64,000 nucleotides of DNA from an uncultured Verrucomicrobiae bacterium (GTDB lineage Bacteria > Verrucomicrobiota > Verrucomicrobiia > Chthoniobacterales > UBA10450): assembly GCA_963735805.1 (NCBI GenBank), contig CAVTMK010000002.1:448001-512000 (forward strand), read 5' to 3'. A program made the position numbers and the translations under genes. Below the pieces are notes generated by a model. It did not search any database. It was not told the origin of the DNA and saw nothing but the letters and a program-made list of their open reading frames with translations. Shown in pieces: positions 50,410 through 61,399 of the stretch (position 1 is its first letter; each line of letters begins with the position of its first letter).

Positions 50410-50890
50410 CCGCTAACAAGGTGTATTATTTTGGAATGCCAACCGTTTCTTTTCAGGCGGCTGTCTCACTGGACCCGCACACGCTGGCACGGAGCTAAAC
50501 GGTTTCCTTTCTTATCTGATGATATGTACCGTGAGCGGCAGACCTAAGCGCGTGTTAGCGGTACAAGGATAAACAGGTCCGTGATGAAGATTCACGCCTT
50601 CGACCTGGTCGAAACATTCGCGGAATTCATTCGCGCGCCGCGCAGCGGAGAAGTGTATAACATCGGCGGAAGCCGGCACAGTCACTGTTCAATGCTCGAA
50701 GCGATCGCTTTATGTAAGGGACTAAGTGGCCGGAAATTAACATAGAGCTACGAAGAGACGAGCCGAGTCGTGACCACATCTGATGGATCAGCGACATAAG
50801 AAAATTCCAAGGACATTATTCTGACTGGAAGTTTCGCTACGGTTTGCGAGCAATTCTGGAAGAAATTCATCGCGCGATCAGCAAGCGCGC
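50410..50890 (+). pseudogene. NAD-dependent epimerase (CDP-paratose 2-epimerase/RfbE-like) pseudogene
   Basis: Broken frames: [51 protein letters not shown]...[35 protein letters not shown]. Confidence 0.85.
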
Positions 50891-50952
50891 ATAGTAACCG
50901 TAATCCACCAATCGTTGGGGATCTATTCGTGTGTTGAGGGAAACGATAACAG

Positions 50953-52674
50953 CTAATCATGGGGCGGGGTGCTCGGGGCTCCGGCTTTTGGGGCTTTTGA
51001 GTCCCTGCCACCCTGCGGAAGCATTCTCTTCGGCACATCATAAACCAAAAACGAGTAGGCAATGTGATCGACAGGAGTAAAATGCTCTCTCAACCATCTG
51101 TACTCATCCGGGTTTCGATTAACTCCAACCAGGGCGTTAACCGGCACGACAATTCGCCCGGCTTGCGGTTTACGAGGATCTACAATAACTCCAGGATGAC
51201 GGCGGACATATTGCTTTAGGTACCATTCGTTTCCTCGCCAATCCAAGTTCGAGTCTGCAAGGTGTCGGTAGGCGAGCTTCCTGTCCGGAACAAATTCATT
51301 AAAATACGAGATAAAATGCGGATAATATGAGAGAGCCGATGCAGCAGCCCAAACTGCGAGAATCACCGCGGTAAATCGTCGGACCTTGGAAGCGGGCGCA
51401 GCCAAGAATCTTCCGCAAAAGATCGTAGCCAGGGCGAATACGGGCAATACATGACGAATGCCGACCTCCGCGTTAAAGAAGAAATTCAAGTAGACCCAGT
51501 AAACCAGAATCGGAATCAGTAGAAAGATCTCCTCTCGACGAAGTCCGAGCGCGGCCGGTTGGCGACGTTTGGAAAAGTATCCGAACAATGCCATGAAAAA
51601 TATGATTTGCTTCGCAATCGGGACCTTGAAGAAGGCTGCATAAAAGTAGTATCCCGGGAACCCATGAAGCGTCCCGTCATGATGATTCACTCGAAGTTGC
51701 CCAGCCATGTAAATGTTTCCCCAAGCTTCTCCCATCCTCTCCTCGAACTTGACCAGATCCAGGCCCTGGATGTAAGGCACTGGCAGTGGAAGAGGCAGGT
51801 TACCGATGATTGGGGTCGCCTCGAGTTTTTTGAAAAATGGGTCTTTCAATGTATACCCAGACAACGGGGTTCCAACTCCCGCGAAATCGAACCCCAGGTT
51901 AATTGTTATGATACTCACCGCGCCGAAGAACGTTATCGCCATCAACCAGCGGCGCAGATTCCAAGTCGGGCTATGGGATTGATCAGGTTTCGCCGCTCCA
52001 CTGGCTGGTCTAAAGCGGCAATAAATCGCTGCAATCGCCAAAAAAATCGGGTACAGATAAACACACGAGTATTTGGCCAGTTGGCTTAAGCCAAGCGTCA
52101 CCGCGCTAAAAACGGCTCGTTGTTTTCCGCCTAACTTTAGAAAATGCCAAAAATGGTAGAGTGCGACGGTTGTCATCAAAGCGGCAGGCAAGTCTGCTGT
52201 CACCAGTTGACCGTGCGCAAGCAGGTTGGGATCGAAAACGCAAAGACTTAGCGATAGGAGTGCCCCGTTACGGCCATAGAGTTCATAACTCCATCTCACG
52301 ATGTATAACGCAAGTAACAAAGAAAGAGCAATGGTTGCGTACCTGCCTCGCTTTAGCTGATCAGTCCAGGAAGCATCGGTTGAAATCCCTATCATCGAGG
52401 CAACAAGAGCGAGATTTCCGCTCGTCATGGCGTGCACACTTGAAAAGGGCATCGTGCTGGCATTTAACGCGCTTGTACGCTCGGGAGCGCCATTCAACAC
52501 GCGATAGCCGTACTGGTAGTGCAGAGGTTCATCGGTAGTAAGCCCTTTGTGACGGAGGCTAGTTGTCTGTATAGCCAATAACACGACTAAGAGCGCGCCG
52601 CAGACAACGAGCCACCCCCGTATCGTGATCCATTGCCACACTCGACTACTCATTGAGATGTTGTGGTATACCAT
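50953..52674 (-). CDS. ArnT/PMT-like GT-C glycosyltransferase
   Basis: TTDEPLH after TM1, DPNLLAHGQLVTAD, AKYS, GIRHVLP, DSNLDW. Confidence 0.85.
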   Translation of the reverse strand: MVYHNISMSSRVWQWITIRGWLVVCGALLVVLLAIQTTSLRHKGLTTDEPLHYQYGYRVLNGAPERTSALNASTMPFSSVHAMTSGNLALVASMIGISTDASWTDQLKRGRYATIALSLLLALYIVRWSYELYGRNGALLSLSLCVFDPNLLAHGQLVTADLPAALMTTVALYHFWHFLKLGGKQRAVFSAVTLGLSQLAKYSCVYLYPIFLAIAAIYCRFRPASGAAKPDQSHSPTWNLRRWLMAITFFGAVSIITINLGFDFAGVGTPLSGYTLKDPFFKKLEATPIIGNLPLPLPVPYIQGLDLVKFEERMGEAWGNIYMAGQLRVNHHDGTLHGFPGYYFYAAFFKVPIAKQIIFFMALFGYFSKRRQPAALGLRREEIFLLIPILVYWVYLNFFFNAEVGIRHVLPVFALATIFCGRFLAAPASKVRRFTAVILAVWAAASALSYYPHFISYFNEFVPDRKLAYRHLADSNLDWRGNEWYLKQYVRRHPGVIVDPRKPQAGRIVVPVNALVGVNRNPDEYRWLREHFTPVDHIAYSFLVYDVPKRMLPQGGRDSKAPKAGAPSTPPHD

Positions 52675-52749
52675 GCCGTTATTCCAAAATTGTAGTCGTC
52701 GACATTAGATGCTGTGAGACACAACCTCATAAAATAGACGCCTAACTTC

Positions 52750-54300
52750 CTAGTCTGAGCGTGAAAGTCCCGGCGAACGGATGACCTCTGCGTTGAATTC
52801 ACTGACTGAAATGATGTAATCGGCGTTCGCCTGCTGCTCTGGCGTGAGTTCGCTTCCGTTTTCGACCCAAATACGTAGGGAATGATCGTTCCAAATCAGG
52901 GAGGCAATAAAAAACACATTCCACTTATTTCGGAAGATATTTTCTTTCAGCAAAATGAGAATACGGCTGCCGTGTGTTGGACGCAGACTTAAAGAACGAA
53001 ACGTCTGGATAACGTGGGAAGTGTTTGCACCTAGAGTGAGCCAAGGCCCTCCAAGGCGCTGATTTTCGCGTTGCGTAAAGGCGGCGAGAGCGAACGCTAC
53101 TAAAAGTGTTGCCATGACGCGGAGATATTTATCACCCGACGCATTCCGGACCATTGCACGTTTTGCTGTAGTCAGAACACGGCCAGCAACGAATACCGAA
53201 AATTTCGAAATCAGCGTAATCAAATCAAAAGCAACTTTTGCAAAGATCATTGCCCATCCAAACAGCAGAAGATAAAGCGATGCATCGCCGCGCATCGGGA
53301 CGATAAACGCCAGAGGAAGCGGCACGATTACTATCCAGAATGTCATGAGCTGCAGCGTGCGGTCTTGGCGCAGAAAGGCATAAATGAAAACAAGCGCCCA
53401 TAAGAAGAGCAGCGTCGTTGGAGTGATCGTATACCCGGCAAATAACAACTCACCAACAAACTTGGTGTTCGAAGCCATGAAATTGTACCACGAATACTTG
53501 GGTCGATAAGGATCTAAACTCGCTAGGGACCCGTTGCCGTGCAGTTTTCCGTACACATAAAAAACCGTGAGCAATCCGGCAATTAATGACGGTGCGGCAT
53601 AAGACCGAAGCCAGCGCATGAACGCTTTCGAGTCTGCCCAGCGAGGGGATTTCAGAAACTCATAAACTACCACGATGACTGGAAGCGTGACTGCCATCTC
53701 TTTGCAGTTCAGCGCGCAAACGTACAACACTATAAATCCCAATAATTGGAACGCACGAAGAGAGACTTCTTTCTCACGGATATGGATGTAGTACGTCAAC
53801 GCCGCGAAGTAAAAGAATCCACATAACACGTCATAAATGAACGCACCGACGAACACAAGGCTGCCAAGCCGTGGATGGTAACAGAGAGCAAGGACAGCGA
53901 GAAAGGCGATTGAGCGTGAGGAGGCGAGCCGCTGGCTCAAGTAATAGACCACGGGAATGGAGACAGCGAGAACGCTGATCTGGACAAGCCGATAAGGGAA
54001 CGGATCCAGGTCAAAGAAGTGATAAAGCGGAAGATAGTAAAGAGCGCCCCCCGGGCGATACAGGTAAAGGGGCAGATCATAGAGAGCGCAGTCCGAACAG
54101 AGAAATAACTTCCAAAATGCGATGTTTGCCAAAACTGACTTCAACGCTCCGGCACACCAGCAGATCCCCATGTTCATCATCTCGTCTTCGCGAAAACCCC
54201 CGCGTAGCGCAGGGAGCGCAAAGTGGAGGAAGTAGGCGATGAGAACGGCCACGCAAGCCGCATCAAAAAGCGTGCGTCGATATGTCAACTCTTTCACCAT
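52750..54300 (-). CDS. Polytopic membrane protein, GT-C-like
   Basis: FREDE after TM1, YRP, CKEMAVTLP, multiple TMs. Confidence 0.7.
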   Translation of the reverse strand: MVKELTYRRTLFDAACVAVLIAYFLHFALPALRGGFREDEMMNMGICWCAGALKSVLANIAFWKLFLCSDCALYDLPLYLYRPGGALYYLPLYHFFDLDPFPYRLVQISVLAVSIPVVYYLSQRLASSRSIAFLAVLALCYHPRLGSLVFVGAFIYDVLCGFFYFAALTYYIHIREKEVSLRAFQLLGFIVLYVCALNCKEMAVTLPVIVVVYEFLKSPRWADSKAFMRWLRSYAAPSLIAGLLTVFYVYGKLHGNGSLASLDPYRPKYSWYNFMASNTKFVGELLFAGYTITPTTLLFLWALVFIYAFLRQDRTLQLMTFWIVIVPLPLAFIVPMRGDASLYLLLFGWAMIFAKVAFDLITLISKFSVFVAGRVLTTAKRAMVRNASGDKYLRVMATLLVAFALAAFTQRENQRLGGPWLTLGANTSHVIQTFRSLSLRPTHGSRILILLKENIFRNKWNVFFIASLIWNDHSLRIWVENGSELTPEQQANADYIISVSEFNAEVIRSPGLSRSD

Positions 54301-54396
54301 GTTGTTCGTACGATAAGAAGCTGAGGAAAGGATCGTACGATGATCGCGTAATTTACAATCGAGGTCTGTATGAAATCGTGCTTCCCGTCTCTTTGT

Positions 54397-56241
54397 TTAT
54401 GGGCTTGCTCCCTTGGTAATCCGACCCCACACAGGAATCTTCTCCTCGGAAAGAGTCTGATCATCCGCGCTGCGAACCGCGTAGCGTAATTGAGGATTAT
54501 AATCGCGTATGTAACCCACAAATGCATTCGTCTGAACTTTACGCAGGTAAAATACCTGATTGATGAACGGACTTATCGGCGAAGAGCGCGCCAGTCCGCG
54601 GACAACGCCAGTTTGATCCACTATCACCAATGTCTTGGGAGTTCTGTATCCGTTTTTAATTTCCTCACCCAAGATCCACGACGTCGGAGTCATCGCCCAT
54701 CGGATGATGCGAGGTATATGCCGTCTGCTTACGGCCTGACCGAGAACCCGGGCTGCTGGGGCGCCGTCATTGCCCTGAACTAAAGCGGTCACGGCGCATC
54801 GGCCTGCTAAGTCCTCACGCTTGTGCCGTCCACCAAATAAATTTGCTTCGGCCTGACCAATCCAATCTTGCAACCCATCAGCGAACATATCTAATCGGCG
54901 CACCCGCAATTGTTCCGCCACCCGATAAATCCATTCTGGATAGCGCCACAGCGTTTGTATTTGCTGCTCATCGCGGACTCCGGCAACGAGGCTAAGCGCG
55001 GCGCACTCGTCCGCAGCTCTCGCAGTTCTAAGGAGTAAGCCGTACTTGTAGTGCTCGGGCAAAGCCAGAATCGGCAGCGCAAGAGCGACCAGATACAGTG
55101 GCCATCGTAGCCACTGCTTGGATTCCACACACTGAATGGCGACTAGCAACAGGCCAGTCCAGAATAGTGTGCTCCAAAAGAGGTAACGCGGTGAGAGAAA
55201 CTCAAATTCGAAGCCTGGGCCGCGAACACGGTTAGCAGCGACAGCAAGAGCCATTGCGACAAAGTTAAAAGTGAGCAACGCCATCCCAATAAATTTGAGA
55301 CTACTCTTAATGAGGTCCCGCCGAATCATTGTTAAAACAATTGCCACCAGAGCGAATGCAAGCCCGGCTCCGCCGCACCAGAGTGATAGTACTGAGGACT
55401 GGGCTGCTTCAGCGGAGAGAGGCCTCCCATTCCAACCCGATGCTGCATAAAGAAAAGGACCTCCGGCCACTCTGCATAATTTGGGGACTACGCCTAGATC
55501 GGTAGAAGTGATTGCTTGAATAGCCCTGTAAGTGTTTGAGTGCGGCGGGAGCTGCTGATAGATGACCATTGTTACCAGAGCGGCGATGCCAACAGCGACA
55601 AAAGAGCGCCACTGAAGACGAAGGGACCAAATTAGAAAGAGCAGAGTGGGCCAAATCGCCAGGCCCGCGCCGAAACTGAAGGAGGCCACGAACGCGGCGG
55701 ACACCACGACAAGGATTGCTGGCAATGACCATGTTGAACCCACTCCAGCCTTTGGCAAAACAAGAAAAGCGAGAACTGCGCTGGCGACAACCAGAGAGCA
55801 TATCACGTTAAATCCCCCAGACGCGGTGATATGACTCCGGGGCGCCCAAAAGTTACCCGCGATGACGACAAAAGTAGCTATTATCTTGGCGGTGAGACCT
55901 ACAGTCTTATCGCCTTCAACTGGAATCAGCAGCAACGCAACACTAAGGAAAAGCATCAGGAGGCCTGCAAAAAACAGCGGTAGCTGTCTGCCATGAAAAA
56001 ACTGGAGATCCGCCAGCCAGAAAAAGCTTGGGAAAAAAAGAGAGTGTTCAAAGTGTTTATGCAGCGCGCTCTCAAGCCAAGTGTGATTCAGGCAGAAATC
56101 GTAAATCCGCCAGTAATCAGCCTTGGTGACAGTCCAGCGCCCCAGATAAAGGTAAACGACACCCGAAGTAAGAAAGACAAGCGCACCCAGAGCAGCAAAC
56201 ATCTGGGCAACCCGCTCAGCCACTGAAACAGACCAACGCAT
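54397..56241 (-). CDS. Polytopic membrane protein, probably GT-C-like
   Basis: ADYW after TM1, HFEH, SFSFGAGLAIWP, SPRY; about 11 TMs and a soluble C-terminal domain. Confidence 0.6.
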   Translation of the reverse strand: MRWSVSVAERVAQMFAALGALVFLTSGVVYLYLGRWTVTKADYWRIYDFCLNHTWLESALHKHFEHSLFFPSFFWLADLQFFHGRQLPLFFAGLLMLFLSVALLLIPVEGDKTVGLTAKIIATFVVIAGNFWAPRSHITASGGFNVICSLVVASAVLAFLVLPKAGVGSTWSLPAILVVVSAAFVASFSFGAGLAIWPTLLFLIWSLRLQWRSFVAVGIAALVTMVIYQQLPPHSNTYRAIQAITSTDLGVVPKLCRVAGGPFLYAASGWNGRPLSAEAAQSSVLSLWCGGAGLAFALVAIVLTMIRRDLIKSSLKFIGMALLTFNFVAMALAVAANRVRGPGFEFEFLSPRYLFWSTLFWTGLLLVAIQCVESKQWLRWPLYLVALALPILALPEHYKYGLLLRTARAADECAALSLVAGVRDEQQIQTLWRYPEWIYRVAEQLRVRRLDMFADGLQDWIGQAEANLFGGRHKREDLAGRCAVTALVQGNDGAPAARVLGQAVSRRHIPRIIRWAMTPTSWILGEEIKNGYRTPKTLVIVDQTGVVRGLARSSPISPFINQVFYLRKVQTNAFVGYIRDYNPQLRYAVRSADDQTLSEEKIPVWGRITKGASP

Positions 56242-56244
56242 CCT

Positions 56245-57009
56245 TTAAGTGCGAAGTCGGCCCCAAGCCAGGATGGAAGTACCGAAGGGCATTGAGAACG
56301 GCAAGGCCGTTTCAATGTTCTTCATCCCGTGCAGTAACAGTCGCGAGATTTCGTTTGGTGGTACGAAACCGGCGCGAATGGCGCCGGATCTGTTTGCTCC
56401 ACGCAGCATGACCTTGCGGGCGAGCAACAACGGGACCATTGACATCCCCCATTGCTGGATGGTTTCGCCTTCCGTGCCACTCTGCTTCAATAATGTCGCC
56501 AAACTCGCTGCCGTATAGCGCCTCAGATGGCCGGCTGCTCGATCGTAATCACTGAAAAAGAGCATACTCGCGGGCACGTTTACAACCACCAGTCCGCCTG
56601 CTCGAACGTGCCGTAAAGCAGCACGGAGAAACGCGAGATCATCATCAATGTGTTCAAGCACGTCTAACAGGAAAACGGCATCGTAGCGGTCTAAAAGTGA
56701 AGGTTCTTGATCCAATATATTGTAGATGAAAAGTCTGCCCTTGCCCGGTTTTGCCATCTCCAGCGCCGTACGATTCAAATCGCAGCCGTCCACCGGAATG
56801 CCGAGGTCTCGCTCCAGCATATCCCGGGCGACTCCATTTCCGCACCCGATTTCCAGCGCGCGCCGGAGCGGAGTGCCAGCGCATTTAATGGCCCGGAGGA
56901 GTACACGATGCCGCCATTGCATCCAAAAATGGTCGGCGTTCGCAAACTGAAACCAGTCATCGGCCATTGAGACTGCCTGAGGCTGGGAGAGAGTTTCAAT
57001 CTGGCTCAT
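56245..57009 (-). CDS. Class I SAM-dependent methyltransferase
   Basis: HFW, LEIGCGNG, LDVLEHI, VNVPA, D...GHLRRY. Confidence 0.9.
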   Translation of the reverse strand: MSQIETLSQPQAVSMADDWFQFANADHFWMQWRHRVLLRAIKCAGTPLRRALEIGCGNGVARDMLERDLGIPVDGCDLNRTALEMAKPGKGRLFIYNILDQEPSLLDRYDAVFLLDVLEHIDDDLAFLRAALRHVRAGGLVVVNVPASMLFFSDYDRAAGHLRRYTAASLATLLKQSGTEGETIQQWGMSMVPLLLARKVMLRGANRSGAIRAGFVPPNEISRLLLHGMKNIETALPFSMPFGTSILAWGRLRT

Positions 57010-57961
57010 CGATTCCTGCAGGTTCTTCAACGTTCATGGTGCGTTCAACTATGAACGATGGCCGCGCTTTTACCTCCATGAACATTTGACCGATGTACTC
57101 ACCGAGAATCCCCAGGTACAGGAAGATTAATCCATTAGAAAAAAGCAGAATGATGACCAGCGTTGAAAACCCGGGCGCGGCGAGGTGAGTATCGGTGAAT
57201 AGAGCAACTCCTATATAAATCAACGCGGCGACGATCGCGCCGAGACAAAGCAGGCTGCCGCATAAGAGTCCTACCCTCAATGGCCTTGTTGAAAAGGACG
57301 TGAGTCCTGAGAAAGCTAGCTTTAGCAGTTTTCTGAATGAATACTGCGGATCGCCAGCCGCACGTGCCGCCCGCGAAACGGGAAACGGCCTCCGTGGCAA
57401 TCCGAGCCACGCGCGCAATCCGCGCACAAAACGTAGCTTCTCCGGAAGACTCAATAGCAGTTCGACGGCCCGCCGGCTCATTACGCAAAAATCCCCGCTG
57501 TCGACCTGGACGGGGCTGTCGGCTAAAAAGAGGTAAAGCCGGTAAAAAACGAAGTAAAAAAGACGCTTTACTTTTGTCTCCCGTCGGGTTCTTCGCACGG
57601 CGTAAACCACATCGACTTTCTCCGCGAGTAATACCTGATACATCTCGAGTAGAACTTCGGGTTCGTCCTGCAAATCCGCATCCATGATCCCCACGAATCT
57701 TCCAGATGCAAAAGACAAACCGGCCGATATCGCGTTTTGATGGCCGAAGTTTCGCGTTAACACCACCAGTTTGACGGATGAATCGGTTTGAGCCCACGCT
57801 TCGATGAATTTCGAACTTCCGTCCGTGGAACCATCGCTGACAAAAAGCAATTCCCACGTGACCGGTCGATTCGGTAATTTTTCCAATCGCTCGCGCAACA
57901 AAGGCAAGACCCGTGCCTCATTCAGGAAGGGAATAACGATGGTTAGCTCCGGTTGATTCAT
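56996..57961 (-). CDS. GT2 GtrB/ArnC-like undecaprenyl-phosphate glycosyltransferase
   Basis: IPFLNE, DGSTDGS, RNFGHQ, MDADLQDEP, GDF, two C-terminal TMs, GEYIG. Confidence 0.92.
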   Translation of the reverse strand: MNQPELTIVIPFLNEARVLPLLRERLEKLPNRPVTWELLFVSDGSTDGSSKFIEAWAQTDSSVKLVVLTRNFGHQNAISAGLSFASGRFVGIMDADLQDEPEVLLEMYQVLLAEKVDVVYAVRRTRRETKVKRLFYFVFYRLYLFLADSPVQVDSGDFCVMSRRAVELLLSLPEKLRFVRGLRAWLGLPRRPFPVSRAARAAGDPQYSFRKLLKLAFSGLTSFSTRPLRVGLLCGSLLCLGAIVAALIYIGVALFTDTHLAAPGFSTLVIILLFSNGLIFLYLGILGEYIGQMFMEVKARPSFIVERTMNVEEPAGIDEPD

Positions 57962-58383
57962 TTAGAAGAGAGGGAAAAAACGTCTGTCATTAGGCAAGGC
58001 TCTCACGTTACGAAGGCGATTTCGCTCTCGTGTTCCCGATAGAATCTCTGCGCCATGGAAACGAATCGCAAAGGACCAAGCTGCCAACGATTAATCAAAT
58101 GTTCTATCATTACTCCGTCGGAAAATATTAGTACCATGCTCAGGTTTTGCATACCAATAAATACCCGAACAGTGAAGCCGATACGAAAGATCTGCGTTTG
58201 GTCACCTCTTACCCGCATCATTGCGAACCCTGGAGAAATCGCAAAAAAAATGATCGGTCACAAGGAGTGTCTGGTTTCAACTTCATCAATCCCGCCTGAT
58301 CTTCAGAGCTGCATCCGGAGCAGCCACAGTGGGGAGAGCTCGCTTGACGGCACTCGAACGGGAGTCAAGCTTGCGCCGTTTGT

Positions 58384-60711
58384 ATGAATGGTCCATTCGT
58401 GGCTCGGCTCGGTCGTTTCTGGCGCGAAGACGGTATTTTCCTCACTGTGATGCTGGCGCTTTTCGCTTTGCGTTTTTGGCCTGCATTTGCTCACGGGGCG
58501 CTGTACGCTCCGTTCCAGGACAATGTTTGGCTTTACGGCCCGCTGTTTTCGCGTGCGTCTGAAATCGCGCTCTCGGGCAACTTCCCATACTGGCTAGACA
58601 CAGTTTTGGGGGGATTCCCGCTTTATCTAACGCCCCATTTCTCGGCGACCTACCCCTTCTATTTCTTTGGCGTGCTCAACTATGGGAAAGCCTTGGAAGT
58701 GTTATACACACTGAGCTACGTGACATGCTTTCACGCTCTGATTTTATATCTGAATCTTTACATCATGATGCGAGTTGCCGGGGCAGGAGGTCTTGCCTCG
58801 CTGTGCGGGGCTACCGTGGGTCTGGTGAGCGGCAACACGGAAGTCAGCGCGCATTGGATCGCGATCGCGGCTGCTTGGAGTTGGTTTCCGTTGTTAATTG
58901 CGGGGATGATTCGCTTGCTACGGGCACCACTCTCGTTCGGAAGTATCGCGCTATTTTCACTGTCCGCCGCTTTGATGTGTGCCGCGAACCCCGCGCAACC
59001 AGTAATTCAATCGGCGCTTTGTTGCGGAATCTTTTTCGTTGTCGCTATATGCTGGCAGTGGCGAAAGGACGGCATTGCTGCGGTTAGCCGTCTTTTAGCA
59101 GGGTTGGGCATCAGTGGAGTTATTGCTTTCTGTCTGGCTGCGGTCGCCTTTGTACCGATGGTCTTGGCGACAGGTGGTATGATTCGTCATGGACCCCGTG
59201 TTCCCATAATAGGTCACGCCTCAATTCCATGGGACAGCTTTAATGTAATGCAGTTGCGGCCATCAGCTCTTAGTCACCTGCTTTTTGACTCGTCCGATCT
59301 TCGTGTACTCGGCGGGCTGTATGTAGGCCCAATCGCTCTGTTAGGAGTAATGCTTTGCGTTATTGCCTATCGGCGTGGTGATGCATTCGCTCGCTTCCTG
59401 TTGCTCACGCTGGGCGCGATCGCCTTTTATTTCTTATTGGCGGGTTTCGGAACCTATTTTGGCCTGGCTTATCTGCACTTTCACATTCCGCTTCTGAATC
59501 GAATCCGGGAAGCGGGTCGATACCTGGCAATCTTTACGATGCTAACAGCGCTCCTTACAGGTTTGGGGTTGCAGGTGATTATGAATGTGGCGAGTCGCGA
59601 GTTAGAACTGACAGGTGGGCTGCGCCGCTACTTCTGGATTGCCATCGGAATCAGCCTGCTGATTTTTGCTGGGGCTCTGGCGTTCGATCATCACGAAAAA
59701 GTCACAGGTTGGCTCGTGCTGCTTACACTGCCCTTGGCTTGGGTGCTTTGGCCAACGTCGTCGCGCCAAGCACAGTTGGTTGGCAGTGGACTTCTGTTGT
59801 TGGCGTGTTTAGCTTCAGTCTTATCGCCGCCTGGAACACAACCATTTTGGGTCTCCCAATATCTGCTTTCGGAGAATCTTAGGTCTCATCGTGTCCTGCG
59901 CCGGATCGCACAGCTGCCAAATATCAGGCATTACCGTGTGGTTGTTCTGGATTCGAAGTTTCATCCTATTAATTGGGGGAGTAACGCTAGTTATTACGGG
60001 ATTCGAACCTTCTATTTGAATTGTACGCCCGTACCGTACGATCAATTCCGGGAGATGTTCGATGAACAAGCAGTCAAATTGCGCGAACTGCGCGGTGCCA
60101 AATATTTTATTTGTGGTCAGGATTCAAAGCCTTTCGATCCGAACGCTCGACTTCTCTTCACGGAAAGCGGGTATCGCGTCTACGAGGCGTCTGACCCGAT
60201 GGAACAGTACACGCTAGTCCATGAGGTCGTACCGTTTACTGATAAGGCCTCGTTCCGAAGCAAACTTGCCGGAGGGTTCGATTATCAGCATGTCGCCGCC
60301 TTGGAGAGACAAAAGGGACAAACAATCTCTCCTCTGCTGCAAGCGATTCAAAGAACCGGTGTTGCCACCCCGACGTCGACCGACCTGGTGGAACCGATTT
60401 TCAACACGCCAAACGTCTTTGACGTATTGGTTAATTCTCCTGAACCGGGACTCCTGATCTTAAACGAACGATGGAGCGACGCCTGGCACGTAAGAGTCAA
60501 TTCCAAGTCAGCACAAGTGCTACGAGCTAATTTTACGCAACCTGCGGTGACGCTGCCACCGGGGCGCAATTATGTTGAGTTTGAGTATAAACCAATGCTT
60601 TTCTGGAGTCTCCTGATTCTGCAGCGAGTTACTTTTTTGTTCTTGGTGCTCGCCGGCGCGTGGAACCTATGGCGGGCGTACGCTGGCTGTAGATCGGTAG
60701 CAAACCGATAG
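58384..60711 (+). CDS. YfhO-like membrane glycosyltransferase (GT-C)
   Basis: GNFPYW...GGFP, YP, YVG, R.AGRY, C-terminal LILNERWSDAWHVRVN...AN...G.NYVEFEY. Confidence 0.75.
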   Translation: MNGPFVARLGRFWREDGIFLTVMLALFALRFWPAFAHGALYAPFQDNVWLYGPLFSRASEIALSGNFPYWLDTVLGGFPLYLTPHFSATYPFYFFGVLNYGKALEVLYTLSYVTCFHALILYLNLYIMMRVAGAGGLASLCGATVGLVSGNTEVSAHWIAIAAAWSWFPLLIAGMIRLLRAPLSFGSIALFSLSAALMCAANPAQPVIQSALCCGIFFVVAICWQWRKDGIAAVSRLLAGLGISGVIAFCLAAVAFVPMVLATGGMIRHGPRVPIIGHASIPWDSFNVMQLRPSALSHLLFDSSDLRVLGGLYVGPIALLGVMLCVIAYRRGDAFARFLLLTLGAIAFYFLLAGFGTYFGLAYLHFHIPLLNRIREAGRYLAIFTMLTALLTGLGLQVIMNVASRELELTGGLRRYFWIAIGISLLIFAGALAFDHHEKVTGWLVLLTLPLAWVLWPTSSRQAQLVGSGLLLLACLASVLSPPGTQPFWVSQYLLSENLRSHRVLRRIAQLPNIRHYRVVVLDSKFHPINWGSNASYYGIRTFYLNCTPVPYDQFREMFDEQAVKLRELRGAKYFICGQDSKPFDPNARLLFTESGYRVYEASDPMEQYTLVHEVVPFTDKASFRSKLAGGFDYQHVAALERQKGQTISPLLQAIQRTGVATPTSTDLVEPIFNTPNVFDVLVNSPEPGLLILNERWSDAWHVRVNSKSAQVLRANFTQPAVTLPPGRNYVEFEYKPMLFWSLLILQRVTFLFLVLAGAWNLWRAYAGCRSVANR

Positions 60712-60759
60712 GCGATGTCCTAACTTAGAGATCAAGGAACGTGCTAGGCTCATGGAGCA

Positions 60760-61377
60760 TCACTTCTCGCATTCAAGAACCACAGTCACGTATGGGATGC
60801 GCATGGGTTTCCTGTCGATCCATGCATCAACATTTGTAAAAACCTTCGCCGCAAGCTGGCGGTACTGTTGCTCCGTCCGAACGTTTCGGCCTCGATCATG
60901 AGACATGATGTACCTGGAAAATGAACTCTGATTTGGGATCCAACATGCATCGAGACACACAAATCGACCTCTCTCCTTTAGCGCGTCGTGAGCAAACCGA
61001 ATACAATGCGCCGCATCTTCATCATCTAAGTGGTGCAAAATCCCGAGTCCTATTATGATATCAGCATCGGTGAATCGCGGATCACCCCAAAGCGACTTCG
61101 TGTCACCGACTACGAAAGTCCCCTTGCCACCGTGCTTCCGTTTGGCGGAAGCAATATAAGACGGATTCACGTCGAGGCCTAGGTATTCGACTTCCGGGAG
61201 CCACGGTAGTATCTGTGCGGGGCCACACCCGATATCAATGACTTTATCACCCGCTTTGGCTCGGACATGGCTTTCAATAAATCTCCGACGCAGCGCGTTT
61301 CCTCCAATGGCGTCTTGAAATAGATTGTACAGAGACGGAACTTTCAACCAACGGTGTAATGTGGAGTTACGCTCCAT
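60760..61377 (-). CDS. Class I SAM-dependent methyltransferase
   Basis: IDIGCGP, GLDVN, GILHHLDD, DRG. Confidence 0.9.
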   Translation of the reverse strand: MERNSTLHRWLKVPSLYNLFQDAIGGNALRRRFIESHVRAKAGDKVIDIGCGPAQILPWLPEVEYLGLDVNPSYIASAKRKHGGKGTFVVGDTKSLWGDPRFTDADIIIGLGILHHLDDEDAAHCIRFAHDALKERGRFVCLDACWIPNQSSFSRYIMSHDRGRNVRTEQQYRQLAAKVFTNVDAWIDRKPMRIPYVTVVLECEK

Positions 61378-61399
61378 GGTGAAGTTCGGTTAAGAGCTC

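Noticed and set aside
58003..58387. Short ORFs between the divergent GT2 and YfhO-like genes
   Set aside because: No motif; could be a gene remnant but I cannot support it
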